This document shows, one piece after another, positions 25,482 through 37,620 of a stretch of DNA of 64,000 nucleotides. Source of the DNA: Squalus acanthias (lineage: Eukaryota); the NCBI GenBank assembly GCA_030390025.1, contig CM059446.1, forward strand, positions 38,440,001 through 38,504,000, written 5' to 3'. The notes below the pieces were generated by a model, which searched no databases, was not told the origin of the DNA, and worked only from the letters and a program-made list of their open reading frames with translations. The translations under genes were made by a program, and so were the position numbers. Position 1 is the stretch's first letter, and each line of letters starts with the position of its first letter.

Positions 25482-28031
25482 GGTCGGTAAATGAAGTCCT
25501 TCATACAATGTCCAAAGCGTTTCCAGTCTCCAGAAGAACCAAGGCTGCTTGCAGGCCTTAAATCCAGCAGCACTGATGATGTCATCGGAGGCGACTTTCA
25601 GGATGGAAAGACTAATTGGGCCAGGGGTTCCCACATGCTGGAAATCAAGTGCCCAATTAGGGGAAAATCCCACTTTTTTCCCACTTCACGTCGGAGTCGG
25701 GGTCCTGACAGGAAAACCACCTGACACGCCCCAGCCCGACCCCAATGACAAAATCGAGCCCCATGTCTTTTACACATCTCCTCACGTGCTTCTTTAAGCT
25801 TCTGAAGGTGGACCGAGAAAACTCTTGATAAGATGAGGCCAGATACGAATTGTGAAACTGTTGTATTTCACAGACAGCAAATGAACACGCAGCGAAACAG
25901 ATTATTCTTGGATTCACTTAATTCAATCAGCATAACTTGTCTTTGCATAATAATATAAAATAATGAGTATGCTACACTTCCTCACATTAGTGGGTCACCT
26001 TGCTTGATTTAAACAAAATAACATCTCATTACCATCTTGCATTTTAACCTTTTGAGTCTGGCGAGAGCGCACCCTCATAACTTCTGTTTGAAAACCTGAC
26101 TGACTGCAAGTCTATCTGTCTGTGTTTACAACCTAAGGAAGAGGCCTCTGCTAGGCAAACCCAGCCGAGCACCCTGTGAACTAGGAACCTCCCAATACCA
26201 TGGGACTGAGGTATTTATCAATTACTGAGACAGGCTAATAATTTGCTCCTTGTTTACAGTCTTTGAGGAAACAACTTCAAAGCCTTGCCCATTAGTATCT
26301 TAACCAGCTTTCTTCTGAGTGCCTTTTTTAAACTTGCGCAAATACATGTTGCTTTACAACACATCCCTTAAATATAACTCTTTTCCCTCAATCCTCTCTG
26401 TGGGAATATGGTCAAAGAATCCTGAAATGTAACAAATATATTGGTGAGCACACACCACAAGAAGATATAGGAGGTGCCATCAGAATCAAGATGGTACATT
26501 ATGTTTGCGAGTACACTAAATCTGACATTTAGAATCTGACCACAAACATTATTTAACTGTGGGATATTTGCACCAAAATATATATTAAAAATATGTATTC
26601 ATTTCGATCATATTATGAATACAAGATTGTTTGGTAATTCTGTGCATTTCCTAAACATCACTTTACAATTTAATTCTGCCGATATTCTGTTCTAATGTAA
26701 ATAATAGTGAAGGATATCAACTGCTCCAACAGCAGACGGTTCTAATGTTAATTTATTTAGCTCAAGCCCTCCTTAATAATAGCTCAATTAATATGGTTCT
26801 TGCTCTGACCACCAGATATTTATTAAACCGAAGTTTTGTCATAAAATGCACCCTGGAGCTGAAAAGTGATCAGGGTCCAATACATTGCAGCGATAGATAG
26901 ATTTACAAAAACAGGAATAATGTTGCGTTCTGATATTGCAACATTGTCATTGTTCTTAATCAGTCCTTTAAGTGCCTCTCAAATATGTATATCAACTTCA
27001 AACAAGGCCCCATGGCTTTTAGAATAACATCACAGGTGTCTAACTAAGTGCCTGACAAGCATGCCTAAGGTCCCAGCTGGCTAAATCAATGCCTGATCAT
27101 TTTCATTTACCTATCACAGTCCCCTTTGAACATGGATATTACAATTTGCCATTACTGCAGCCTACAGAAACACTTGCATGTTCAAATGCAGGTCTAAATT
27201 ATATCATTCAGTATTGAATTCTCTCAAAGAGACCCCAGCAAACATTTTCTGCGTGAACACTTGCCAAATTGTACTTAAGCTTTTTTTTATATATTCAAAA
27301 ATGTTGTAATGAATGGTTAAAATTCACAGCACATCAAGCAATCATCTTCAGCAGAATCATTCCTTTTATATCACGATTCATTTCAGAGATTCAGATGTTG
27401 CACTGCCACATTTTGTCAGCTGGAGGTGTGACTCATTAGTGCTGCTATACTCCCACAACACATCAGCTCCGCAGTTGGCATTTGATGATGCTACTAAGCA
27501 TCACGAGGTCAGGTTAGGTACAGTCAAGACACTAATGCTCATGCTTTGGAATGTGCCAGCAGTACAGACTCAACCATATGCTAGCAACTAAAGTAAAACT
27601 GAGTTTTGAGAGGGTATAAAGACATATATGGACACACTCAGAGTTAACGTGTGATACATTAATGTAACAAAGTAAATTAAATTAGCACCTATAATAATAG
27701 CACTCCCTTCTCTCTCATCACCAGGAAGGATAAGGTTACATTTTAAGCTATTCCCAAACAGGTTTTGCTTGACACCTATCAGGTTTTGCACTGGACAGTC
27801 CCATGCTTAAGTGGGCTGGTCAGAAATTTGAAAAGTGTAAATCAGACCTCTATTGTTTTTCTGCTTTGCTTCCTCATTGTAGCATCTGTCATTACTTACT
27901 TTTTCGATTTAATTTTCATAAGCAGAAAACTAAAGATCAGAATTGAATGATCCTAGCCACATTCTGCCTCCTGTCTAGTTGGGCACAAATGGGAATCTTA
28001 GATCGAAAGACCAACAAACTAAAGGTTGCAT

Positions 28032-28034
<3 letters not shown>

Positions 28035-28062
<28 letters not shown>
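28035..28062. repeat. (GA)14 microsatellite
   Basis: Direct reading. Confidence 0.95.
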
Positions 28063-28794
28063 TACAACAGCAGCATACACAGCAAGCTCAGCAAAAGAGA
28101 AGACATGAAGTCACAGGGAATGATGTTCCAGGGACTCCATAGTCTTAAAGGGGCAGTGTTTTCATGTAAAATTGTTTGGCAAACCTCTTTATTTTGGGGG
28201 GGAGCAGGTCGGGAAAGAGATGTGCAATATTTCTGTCACAACAATTTCACCTTCAAGTGAAGCGATGATGGGTTTCAGTGTGACCCTGGAACATCACTTC
28301 CTGTGATCTCACCTCCTCTCTCTCTCTCTCTCTATGAGCTTCATGTGCTTGGTATTGATGTAGCTGTCTCTTACTATTTTGTAAACAAATGAAAAAAAGT
28401 TTTGCCAAGTACACGCTCACGAAGCCTGTGTCTTTTGTTGTTGTTATTGTTTAAAGGTAAATTCATCCTGCATTACAATAACGGGCCAGATATTTCTGCG
28501 ATGGCGAGCTCGGTGAAGCACACCATAATATTTGCTGTCTAGTGTGCTGATCTCGCCATCGATAACCTACTCTATATTTTCCTGCATTGCTAATTAGCAT
28601 AAGCCGCAGTGGGCACAGCGGCCAATCAGAAGCGGTGCAGCCAATGGCCAATATAATGATTTTGCCACTAACGGTGCGATTTGTTATGGTGGTAATTGAA
28701 GCGCTGAGCTCCACATGAATGCAGCATTAGCACCGCCTCTTCTGACCTAGATTCCGATGTAAACTACATTTCCACTCGTGAAATTAACGTGTCA

Positions 28795-29431
28795 GTGGAT
28801 CCTCCTGGTTAGTGGCTCAGTGAGTGGATCCTCCTGGTTAGTGACTCAGTGAGTGGATCCTCCTGGTTAGTGACTCAGTGAGTGGACCCTCCTGGTTAGT
28901 GACTCAGTGAGTGGATCCTCCTGGTTAGTGACTCAGTGAGTGGATCCTCCCGGTTAGTGACTCAGTGAGTGGATCCTCCCGGTTAGTGACTCAGTGAGTG
29001 GATCCTCCCGGTTAGTGGCTCAGTGAGTGGATCCTCCCGGTTAGTGGCTCAGTGAGTGGATCCTCCTGGTTAGTGACTCAGTGAGTGGATCCTCCTGGTT
29101 AGTGGCTCAGTGAGTGGATCCTCCTGGTTAGTGGCTCAGTGAGTGGATCCTCCTGGTTAATGGCTCAGTGAGTGGATCCTCCTGGTTAGTGATTCAGTGA
29201 GTGGATCCTCCTGGTTAGAGACTCAGTGAGTGGATCCTCCTGGTTAATGACTTAGTGAGTGGATCCTCCTGGTTAGAGACTCAATGAGTGGATCCTCCTG
29301 GTTAGTGACTCAGTGAGTGGATCCTCCTGGTTAGTGGCTCAGTGAGTGGATCCTCCATGGTTAGTGACTCAGTGAGTGGATCCTCCTGGTTAGAGACTCA
29401 ATGAGTGGATCCTCCTGGTTAGTGGCTCAGT
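28795..29431. repeat. Minisatellite, 22 x 29-bp unit GTGGATCCTCCTGGTTAGTGRCTCAGTGA
   Basis: Units counted directly; head-to-tail with no spacers; one 30-bp variant. Confidence 0.97.
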
Positions 29432-29729
29432 TGCCAGATCTTTCTCATTTGCAGGTTCCTCGGTGCCAGCACTAAAATTCTCAGATGCCATTTGCCCAAA
29501 TTGATTTCTTCCCCGATTTCGACATCCTATTAAATTGCTTCACTAATGAGGGTTCCCATCCAACCCAAGCAATCAAGACCCGTTAAAGGGTTCTTTTACA
29601 CCAGCTGTTTGAGCACTAACTCCAGTCAAAGAATTAGATCAGAGTTCAGCCTTGGTACTAACCATTAGTGTTCGGAAACATTTGCAGTTTTCTTTAGTCA
29701 TTTTGTGAAACCATCGATAATATTTGCTA

Positions 29730-29826
29730 AAACAACAACAGCAACTTGCATTTATATAGCGCCTTTAACACAGTAAAACAGCCCATGGCGCTTCAGAGGA
29801 GCGCTATCAGACCAAAATTGACACCG
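29730..29826 (-). mobile_element. L2 3' end fragment
   Basis: aacaacaacagcaacttgcatttatatagcgcctttaac...aaaattgacacc. Confidence 0.7.
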
Positions 29827-30575
29827 ATCGATAAATCACACGACTGTTAGGCCACCAGTACCAATATTTTCTAATCTATCGGGATGAGGAAAGGATGGGA
29901 ATCCTCCAATTCTGGTTTAAAATCAAATATAAGTAAGCCATAAAAGTCACAGGTTCAACGACTCAACAGTTAACGTTTTGTTGCCGGGAACGACTTTCTC
30001 ATCGATAAATCAAGACCTTGAATTATTAATCAAGGCCGAGGGTTCGGGTGTAAAATACCTCCTGTAACTGGTCAGTAAGAACTAGTCCCAATCGGCAAAC
30101 ACATTTAGCGCATTGTTTAAAAGCAATCAGTGAATGCATTATAAAGTCAATAAATCACATCACTGCTAGGCCACCAGCACCATTATGTTTCAGTCTAAGT
30201 GGCAGCAGAGTCAAAAGTGGCTTAACAGGAAAATCCCGATTGCCATTGATTTCATTTGGGGGCGGAGCTATGATCATTAGCTTCTAACTGATTTCACCGG
30301 GGCAATGGCGGAGCGGTGCAAAAGCCCAAGGAAAACGGCATAATAAATGGCCCAGGTCACTTAATCCCTAACTTCCTCTTCCTTTTGTGCCATTGAAGGC
30401 TCTCTACGTGGTAGATGCGTCATTGTATGTCCCCAGGAAATTCTGGGCCAATGTGATAACATTGATTATATTTTAAAACATTGAAATGGTCTTAAAACTC
30501 TTTGACACCATAAAATAACACCCATTAACTTTGAACATGATAACGATACGAACATTTCGAGAGTTAATAACAAAC

Positions 30576-31277
30576 GGGGTGATTTTAACCCTTCGTGCCT
30601 GGTGGAAACTGGGCGGATTGGCAGTTAAAATCGGCCAAGTTACTTACCCTTCCCTGAAGCCCCTGGGAACCGACCAATCCAAATTTGAATTTGCTCCACT
30701 GAGCAGGCAGCAAGGACACCCGCCCAAAGCTGGCGGGGTTTTTAAAAAATTTGTTTATGGGATGTGGGCGTCGCTGGCAAGGCCAGCATTTATTGCCCAT
30801 CCCTTAATTTACATATGCATGTCGGGTTTCAATGACATCATCGGGACACTGACTGCAATTTTTACTAGGCGGCCTGAGCGGGAATCGGCAGTGGGTTTCC
30901 TGCCAGGCCAACCCGGCGAGGAAGTGGATCAGGGCCAGAAGAGGCCCAAAAGGGATAGGCTTTATATTTTCTTTTACTTTCTTTGTGGGGGCTCAGAGGA
31001 GCAGGAGTGCAAATCTGGGCCCCATAAGGAAAGCTTAGCCTTCTCCTGCTGCATTCTCACCCCACCTCTCCGCCACCCCGTCCCAGATTGTGGAATGGCC
31101 CGGCAGCCTATCCCACCACTTAACCTGCTGTCAGAGGGCGAACTCCGGGCTGCGCGATTTTCCACCGATTTCCTGCCCAGAACGGGATTCAAAATCGGTT
31201 GGGTCTCATTCTGCAATGGGTGGGAGAGAAATGAACTCACGAGCGTGGTTTTCCGCTGGCTGTTAAAATCCAGGACC
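30576..31277. mobile_element. Harbinger-type MITE containing a CR1-tail fragment (~30755-30805)
   Basis: GGGGTGATTTTAAC...GTTAAAATCCAGGACC termini, aaac on both flanks, GC-rich interior. Confidence 0.65.
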
Positions 31278-34200
31278 AAACCTTTGTTTCATTATTATTG
31301 GCACAGTTTCAAAGAGAGGTGTGTTGTTAATGTGTTTTTGCAGCGATATTTAATTCATTCCTGACTCTCTTGCTTTCCGTTTTTTTTTAGCTGACACTGT
31401 TTGTGGTCAGTTATCCAAGTAATTAAATCTAATTTAAATCCAATTACTCCTGACGAATAAAAATGCAGTGAGGCACATGCTGGGGCGGTATTTCAATTTT
31501 TGATTCCTGGCTGCAGAAATAGTTCTAACAGCACTTGGCATTGCTCTGTGGCTTGTTATGTGGCGCACAGAGTCATCACCTGACGTGGTGTATGGCTCAC
31601 ACTTGCCGGAGACAGATTAAATTCTGTTTATGTCAATAACATGCCATGGACAGACTTGCAGGCAGGAGCAGGGCAAGCCTCTGAAAAGGCCAAGGTTATA
31701 AGGGTCAGGATCATCGAGCAGCACGCCCAGACATGTGGGTGTGAATAATATTAATCGTCTTACGTGAAACCTATTATTTTAGGTCGGAAATCGATACTAC
31801 CTTTATGTAATTAAACTAAAGTCACAAATGTTAATGTCGGTTGTACCAGTTCAGGCCAGTGTAGAGTTAGTGAGGTATGTTGTTTACTGGCAAATATTAT
31901 TTGTTGCATTTTTTAGAAAGAAAGTTAATCTTTAATTTCCCTGGTTTAATGCCATGTGACTCGGTTCCATTAGAATCCCTCCAGTTTCTTTCTTTCCAGA
32001 TTTTCCTTTAGTAATCTTGCAAATACTCAACTCCTGCAACAATAAAATAAATAGTAATATATTTATGCTTGAAATAGTTGTGCGCCTGTCCTATTGTTTT
32101 ATTTCTTCAGGTTCTTTTCCTTTTTCTTGATGATTTGGGAGGGAGAGGGGGTTGGGGGGGGGGGTGAGTGCAGCTGCTTCAACCCCACTTGTTCTGGCAA
32201 GGACATCCACCAGTCTCTGCTGTCAGCCTGCCTGAGGAAGAATTCTCTTGTGCTGGAGTTTCTGCTGGCAGACAGACAGGCCGTGACAGAATATCACTGG
32301 GAGGCACCAGGGCAGCAGAGGAGCAGAAAGTGCCTGAGCTGATGATCCCTCTTGTACAGTGGAACTCAGAATATCATCAGGAGAAGGCTTGACAGGCAAC
32401 ATTTGTGTGGCCAACTGGGGAATTAGAAGCCAAGGTGGAATGGATCTGTCGCAGCGGTTCTACACCAAGGCAGACACATGCTGGGACAGTTCATCCACCT
32501 CATTGCCTAAACTCTCCAGATGGGTACAAGCCCTGTCAAACCTCAACGATCCAAAGCCCCAAGAAAATGCTGCGCAAAGGGATCATTAGGCTGAGCTTCA
32601 TGATGCCAAAGGCACTTATTCCTAGATGGACAATGATGCTATTCCTTTGGAGGTTTAGTGCAAAGGGAAAGGAAGGAGTGAGAGGTGCTGAGCATCTGAT
32701 TGTGAAAGTGAGCATTTCTCTGTTGCTGAAGGCACAAGAAGACCCGTGGACTATTGGCAGAGGATTCTCTCACATTCTTTGCGAAGTCGGCTGTGCTTAG
32801 TGCGGTTACTGGGTGAGGAGATGGTGTGAGCCTTGTGGTGACGTGGACTCTCCACCACCTTCTGTGAACATAGAAAAGAATTGTGCCTGCCCCTTCATTC
32901 TATACAAAAAGCTTATTGTGTACGGACACGAATTTTGAGCATTGAACTCTGGTTCTCTGGGGCACTGCCTTGATCATTGAGGAGTGAGAAGAATAGAACA
33001 GTGGAACCGCTGTACATCATTTTCTTCCAGTGATAGCACATGTCATGTTTGGCATTTAGGTGACACCATGATGCCTTTCAATGTGATTTATATTTAAATT
33101 ATAATATTTGGGAAACACTGGAACAACGTTGACCAAACGCTTTTCCATACAGTGCCTCTTTAACTTATTAAACACTCGCCTGGAATTTCTGCTGGGGGCG
33201 GGGAGGGTATAGGGGGGGCATTCACCAGCAAATCAGTGGAACTCCTGGAGAAACGTCACGAGTGGCCAAAAACATCTATTTCCGTCATTATTCCAGGAAT
33301 TCCACTGATCTTCCACCTATGTTATGGCGGGAGATTGGGAGGACCCCATGGAAATCGAGGGCCTATCTGCATGGTTAGCGGCTTGTCTTTTGAACCAGAA
33401 CAGTCCACTATACAAGTGTGCTGTGTTATAGTACTGTAAGTAATGTGGATTTTTAAACATGAAATATAAGCCGTACTTTTCCATTGTGGGTGCGGAATGC
33501 ATATGTTGTCATGGCAGATATTTTGCTCTGTGGCAGACAGTGGTGGAAGAAACATCTGGTTCAGGAGGAAACAGCAAGCTGAGTTTGATTTAAAAAAAAC
33601 ATCCTGTTGAGGACATGACTTCACTGTGTGGAAGAAGACCATCTTTGTAAAAATATTAATTCAAATGGGCAGAGTAATATGTACTTTTTCCTATCACTGG
33701 TGATTTAGAAAGAAGACAAAATCAAAAGCACACAAACATTCAACGCAGTCCCTTCCCCGAATCAGTCTATTATGTCGATCCAGGCAATAAGTCATTATAC
33801 CAACACAAAATAATTTTACTTGAAGGAACAAGTTAGCTTGCTACAAAATGGGGTGATACAATTACTGACCAATGTAAAATTCAGGACATAGCATGAGAGT
33901 GCACTTTACTTCACCCCGACACAGTACTGCCGCCAGGATTGCATCACTGAACGTAATTTGCATGGATAGCTGATTTTGCACGATTTTGCAAAGTGGTCTC
34001 GTTAGCATAATTTGAGAGTGCCCCAGTTGCAAGGCACTTGCTGATTTTGGAGGGCGGCTTATCCAGCACAGAAGCAGCTTTTAAAGGGCTGCTGCTCGCA
34101 TTTAAATGGAAGCCGCAGTAAATGGTAGCACATTAGAAATTCTTCTAATAAGCAGTGGAAGGTGCCCTTCAAAACTGAAGGGTACCATCCTATCAAGCAC

Positions 34201-34311
34201 AATGTTCAAAATGTCTGGGTGGAGCTGGCTGAGTCAATTAACACAGTGCCTCTCATCCGTAAGTTGTGGGAACAAATAAAGTAAACTTTTCCCAGTGATC
34301 AGGTAGATTGC

Positions 34312-35045
34312 CACAGTCACATTTGGGGAGGGCTAACAAGGCAAGGGAATATACTATAAATGGTAGGACACTGAGAAGTGCAGAAGACCAGAGGGACCAC
34401 AGATCCCTGAAGGTAGCAGGACAAGTGGTTAAGAAGGCATACGGGATACTTGCCCTTATTAGCCGAGGCATAGAATATAAGAGCAGGGAGGTTATGCTTG
34501 AACTGTATAAAACACTAGTTAGGCTGCAGCTAGAATACTGCGTGGAGTTCTGGTCACCACATTACAGGAAGGATGTGATTGCACTGGAGGAGGTGCAGAG
34601 GGGATTTATGAGGATGTTGCCTGGGCTGTGGAATTTTAGCTATGAGGAAAGATTGATAGGCTGGGGTTGTTTTCTTTGGAACAGAGGAGGCTGAGGGGAG
34701 ACCTAATTGAGGTGTATAAAATTATGAGGGGCCTAGATAGAGTGGATAGGAAGGACCTATTTCCCCTAGCAGAAGGGTCAATAACCAGGGGGCATAGATT
34801 TAAAGTAATTGGTCGGAAGTTTAGAGGGGAATTGAGGAGAATTTTTTTCACCCAGAGGGTGGTGGGGGTCTGGAACTCACTGCCTGAAAGGATGGTAGAG
34901 GCAGAGACCCTCATCACATTTAAAAAGTACTTGGATATGCACTTGAAGTGCTGGAAAGTGGGATTAGGGTGGATAGCTCTTTGTCGGCTGGCACGGACAA
35001 GATGGGCCGAATAGCCTCCTTCTGTGCTGTAAATTTCTATGATTC
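34312..35045 (+). mobile_element. CR1 LINE 3' fragment (ORF2 C-terminus plus tail)
   Basis: LYKTLVRLQLEYCVEFWSPHYRKD, LEQRRLRGDLIEVYKIM, FFTQRVVGVWNSLP; gatgggccgaatagcctccttctgtgctgtaa tail. Confidence 0.95.
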
Positions 35046-35175
35046 TACGATTACCCATAATGTGTTTACTCAATGTATATGGCCATAGGATGTATACCAC
35101 AATAAGTTTACTGTACAGCCTCACTGAAGCAACAGACAAAGCACTCAGGCAAACTTTCAGCTCTTTCACCCACAC

Positions 35176-35270
35176 ACGAAAGGTCATCGACCTGAAACGT
35201 TAACTCTCTTTCTCTCTCCACGGATGCTGCCTGGCCTGCTGAGTTTTTCCAGCATTTTCTGTTGTTATTT
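35176..35270 (+). mobile_element. Penelope-type terminal repeat with a truncated hammerhead
   Basis: acgaaaggtcatcgacctgaaacgttaac..., lacking the 5' CUG of the core. Confidence 0.7.
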
Positions 35271-37349
35271 CACGTCAATGCCCATATTGGTGCAGCATCG
35301 ACATTTTTGCTGGCAGTGAAATATGCCTCTAATGTCACACATTAATCTTGCAAGTCCGCCACCAAAACGCAAGCTGATGGTCTACTGCATTTTCATGGAC
35401 TTACACAAAGTCATATGTAGGCTGTGCACTTGAGTGTCACTGGCGGTGAAATTTGTCTCGTGCGGCAGCTCAAAACGGGGGTTATTGGATCGGCCGCCCG
35501 TTATACGCCCTGCCCGATATTCCATTACAAAGGAACTGAATGTCGAACGGAGAGTATAACGGTCAGCCGGTGTGATACCGCTCATTTTGCGTTACCGCCT
35601 AAGATGATTTTCTATCCCAGTGTCTCTACCCTTCAAAATTCTAACATCTGTACATTTTGTGTATGCTTACAAGAAGAGACTGCACATGACGGATGGGATG
35701 AAGATGTACTGGAGTACCAACTACCAGCCTGACTTGATTCGAGGAGGCTGTCCTCCAAACTATGGGGGCTGGAGGCCATAGAAGGACTGCCTTATTTGGC
35801 AGATATCACTGGGGGTTGCTACGAATGTCTGATGGTGTAAAAATTAAATGATGGACCACTTTCACAGCCACCAGCAGATGGCTAGATGTTGTGTGAAGTT
35901 CTGGACTCAGCATAGCTCAGTCACTGCCTCCCTCTTGAAGAACAGATGCTGAATGTAGGCCTGTTCTGACATACAAAGGTAGCTCCGCTTATGTTTATAG
36001 ACTCATCTCCTGATCGAAGGGGGATGCAGTCGAAATGTTTATGGTGTAATCCCTCCTGCCTCTTCTCCCTCGCCAGAAACTCCTCTTCTTCCTCCAAATC
36101 TCTGAGTCAATGAGGAATACTCTGAGGAATTCCAATCCTCAGCTATTTAGTTGCTGCAACTAAAATTGCTGCTGGCAACAATATTATGGTGGAATACCAG
36201 TAGAGATTTCTTTTTAAATGCTAATAAGAACGGTTAATCAAAAACATACAAATAATACCACAGTAAAAATTGAGTGAAAGGAATCCAGAACTCCCTAATA
36301 AATAATTTTCAACTCCAACAGGAAACACTACAGTACACCTTTAAAAATTCAATTCTTAAAGGCCAGAACATGCCTTCCTTTCAGCTCCCATTTTATATAG
36401 GCTTGCAAAGCTGTCAGCGCATTCGCAGTGAATAGCTCAGGAAATCGTGACTGACAGTTATTTACATAAATTTGCATTTAATTTGGGGCCTTAATGAGGT
36501 TCTTCCATGCTTCTTCTACCAATGGGAAATCATGCACCTTACAAATCGGGCGAGAAGCAGGAACCTGGCCTACTCGCCTGATTTTTCTCACCCCTCATTC
36601 TTGCCCGATCGGCGTCTGCATAACCACGGCAACCGATCAGAACATCTACCCTGTAGGGTATAAATGACTGTGTACGTTAGTGTTATGGCACTTGCTATTT
36701 GTGAGCTAATGGTCAGTAATTTTCTGTGTGCGCTATATTGCATGATTACTTCCTTCTTTGGGACTACATCAAATTGCAGGAAGGGAAGCACATGGCACCC
36801 CAATCAGGCACTGCGTCAATTAAAGCGGTCAAAGAAGGGCTAATTGCATGTTGAGGCACTAGCTCCACCTTATTCGGAATCCCATTTTGTATGTGTACTA
36901 CATGGATAACTCCTGTTTGAAATGGAGGCGGGGTAGTCACTGCAGACTACTTTGCACCTGATCACCTTGCACTGAAGCTATGAGAGGTTGAAGATATTTT
37001 GAACTCGCAAAGTATTGAGAATGGGAATTGGGTATTGGGTTTGGCTTCCGCTTGGTGAAGAAGGAGGCAGAAGAACAGGAAAGGGAAGATTACGATGACA
37101 TGGCGAATAAGGCATGCAGTGTCCTCCTGAGCAAAGTTGATATACCATCCCAGGCATTGGATGTCAAATGAATGGCATTTTATGAAAATTAGCTTATGCT
37201 GGGAAGCATTACTTGCTCAATTAACACTGGCAGACCATATTAATCATCTGTGCAGCACCTCCAGTGTTTGTGGAAGATATTATGGCCCTAAACTTCTATA
37301 CATCAGAGTCCTTCCAGGCCAGTAAAGGGATTGCTGCTGCAAGTACCTG

Positions 37350-37620
37350 CTTAGCTTAGTTGGCTGGCACTCTTACCTCTGAATCAGAAAATGTGGGCAC
37401 AAATCTCATTCCTGGACTTGGTTACATAATCTAGACTGAACATTTTACTGCAGTACTGAGTTCTCCCTTATTAAAATGTTAAACTGAGGTTCCCTCTGCT
37501 TGTACTTGAAGAAGAGCCAAGGAGTTCTCCTGGTATCTGGGCTAAAGTTCCTCCCTCAACCAATGTCACCAAAGCACGAGATTAACTGAACATTCATCTC
37601 ATTTTGCTGTTTGTGGGAAA
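37350..37620 (+). mobile_element. DeuSINE, degenerate
   Basis: Head gcttagttggc..cactcttacctctgaatcaga; Deu-like gaagaagagc..ggagttctcc..cctcaacc..ttgctgtttgtggga. Confidence 0.7.

Larger units (their letters stand above)
23067..25761. mobile_element. Harbinger deletion derivative (2.7 kb), transposase deleted and Myb gene retained
   Basis: TIRs GGGCTCGATTTTGCCA / TGACAAAATCGAGCCC (15/16); convergent gene layout; TSD ambiguous (ATGT lies one base outside each TIR). Confidence 0.9.
28483..30449. mobile_element. Possible degenerate Harbinger-type element, or two half-MITEs, spanning the minisatellite
   Basis: GGGCCAGATATTTC at the left and GGAAATTCTGGGCC at the right resemble the TIR consensus of other MITEs here; flanks aac/aat. 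Confidence 0.35.
33880..36210. mobile_element. Old degenerate Harbinger (Myb on +, transposase on -) broken by CR1, Penelope and MITE insertions
   Basis: Myb remnant VQNVWVELAESINTVPLIRKLWEQIK (~34200-34280, +); transposase N-terminus VYKHKRSYLCMSEQ..FKREAVTELC..VAVKV..SDICQI (~35790-36010, -); boundaries approximate. Confidence 0.6.

Noticed and set aside
28795-29431. CRISPR-like array (29-bp repeats)
   Set aside because: Units are head-to-tail with no unique spacers, there are no cas genes, and the context is vertebrate: it is a minisatellite.
30531-31364. 277-aa ORF, the longest in the track
   Set aside because: It runs across a GC-rich MITE and an antisense CR1 tail, has no recognisable domain and starts at a non-ATG codon: a chance ORF.
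32170-33000. Further Harbinger remnant (LMIPL.., WICRSG..); similar faint traces at ~37020-37250 and ~38850-39050
   Set aside because: The similarity is suggestive but too decayed to support without an HMM search.
34636-35187. 183-aa minus-strand ORF
   Set aside because: It is antisense to CR1 ORF2.
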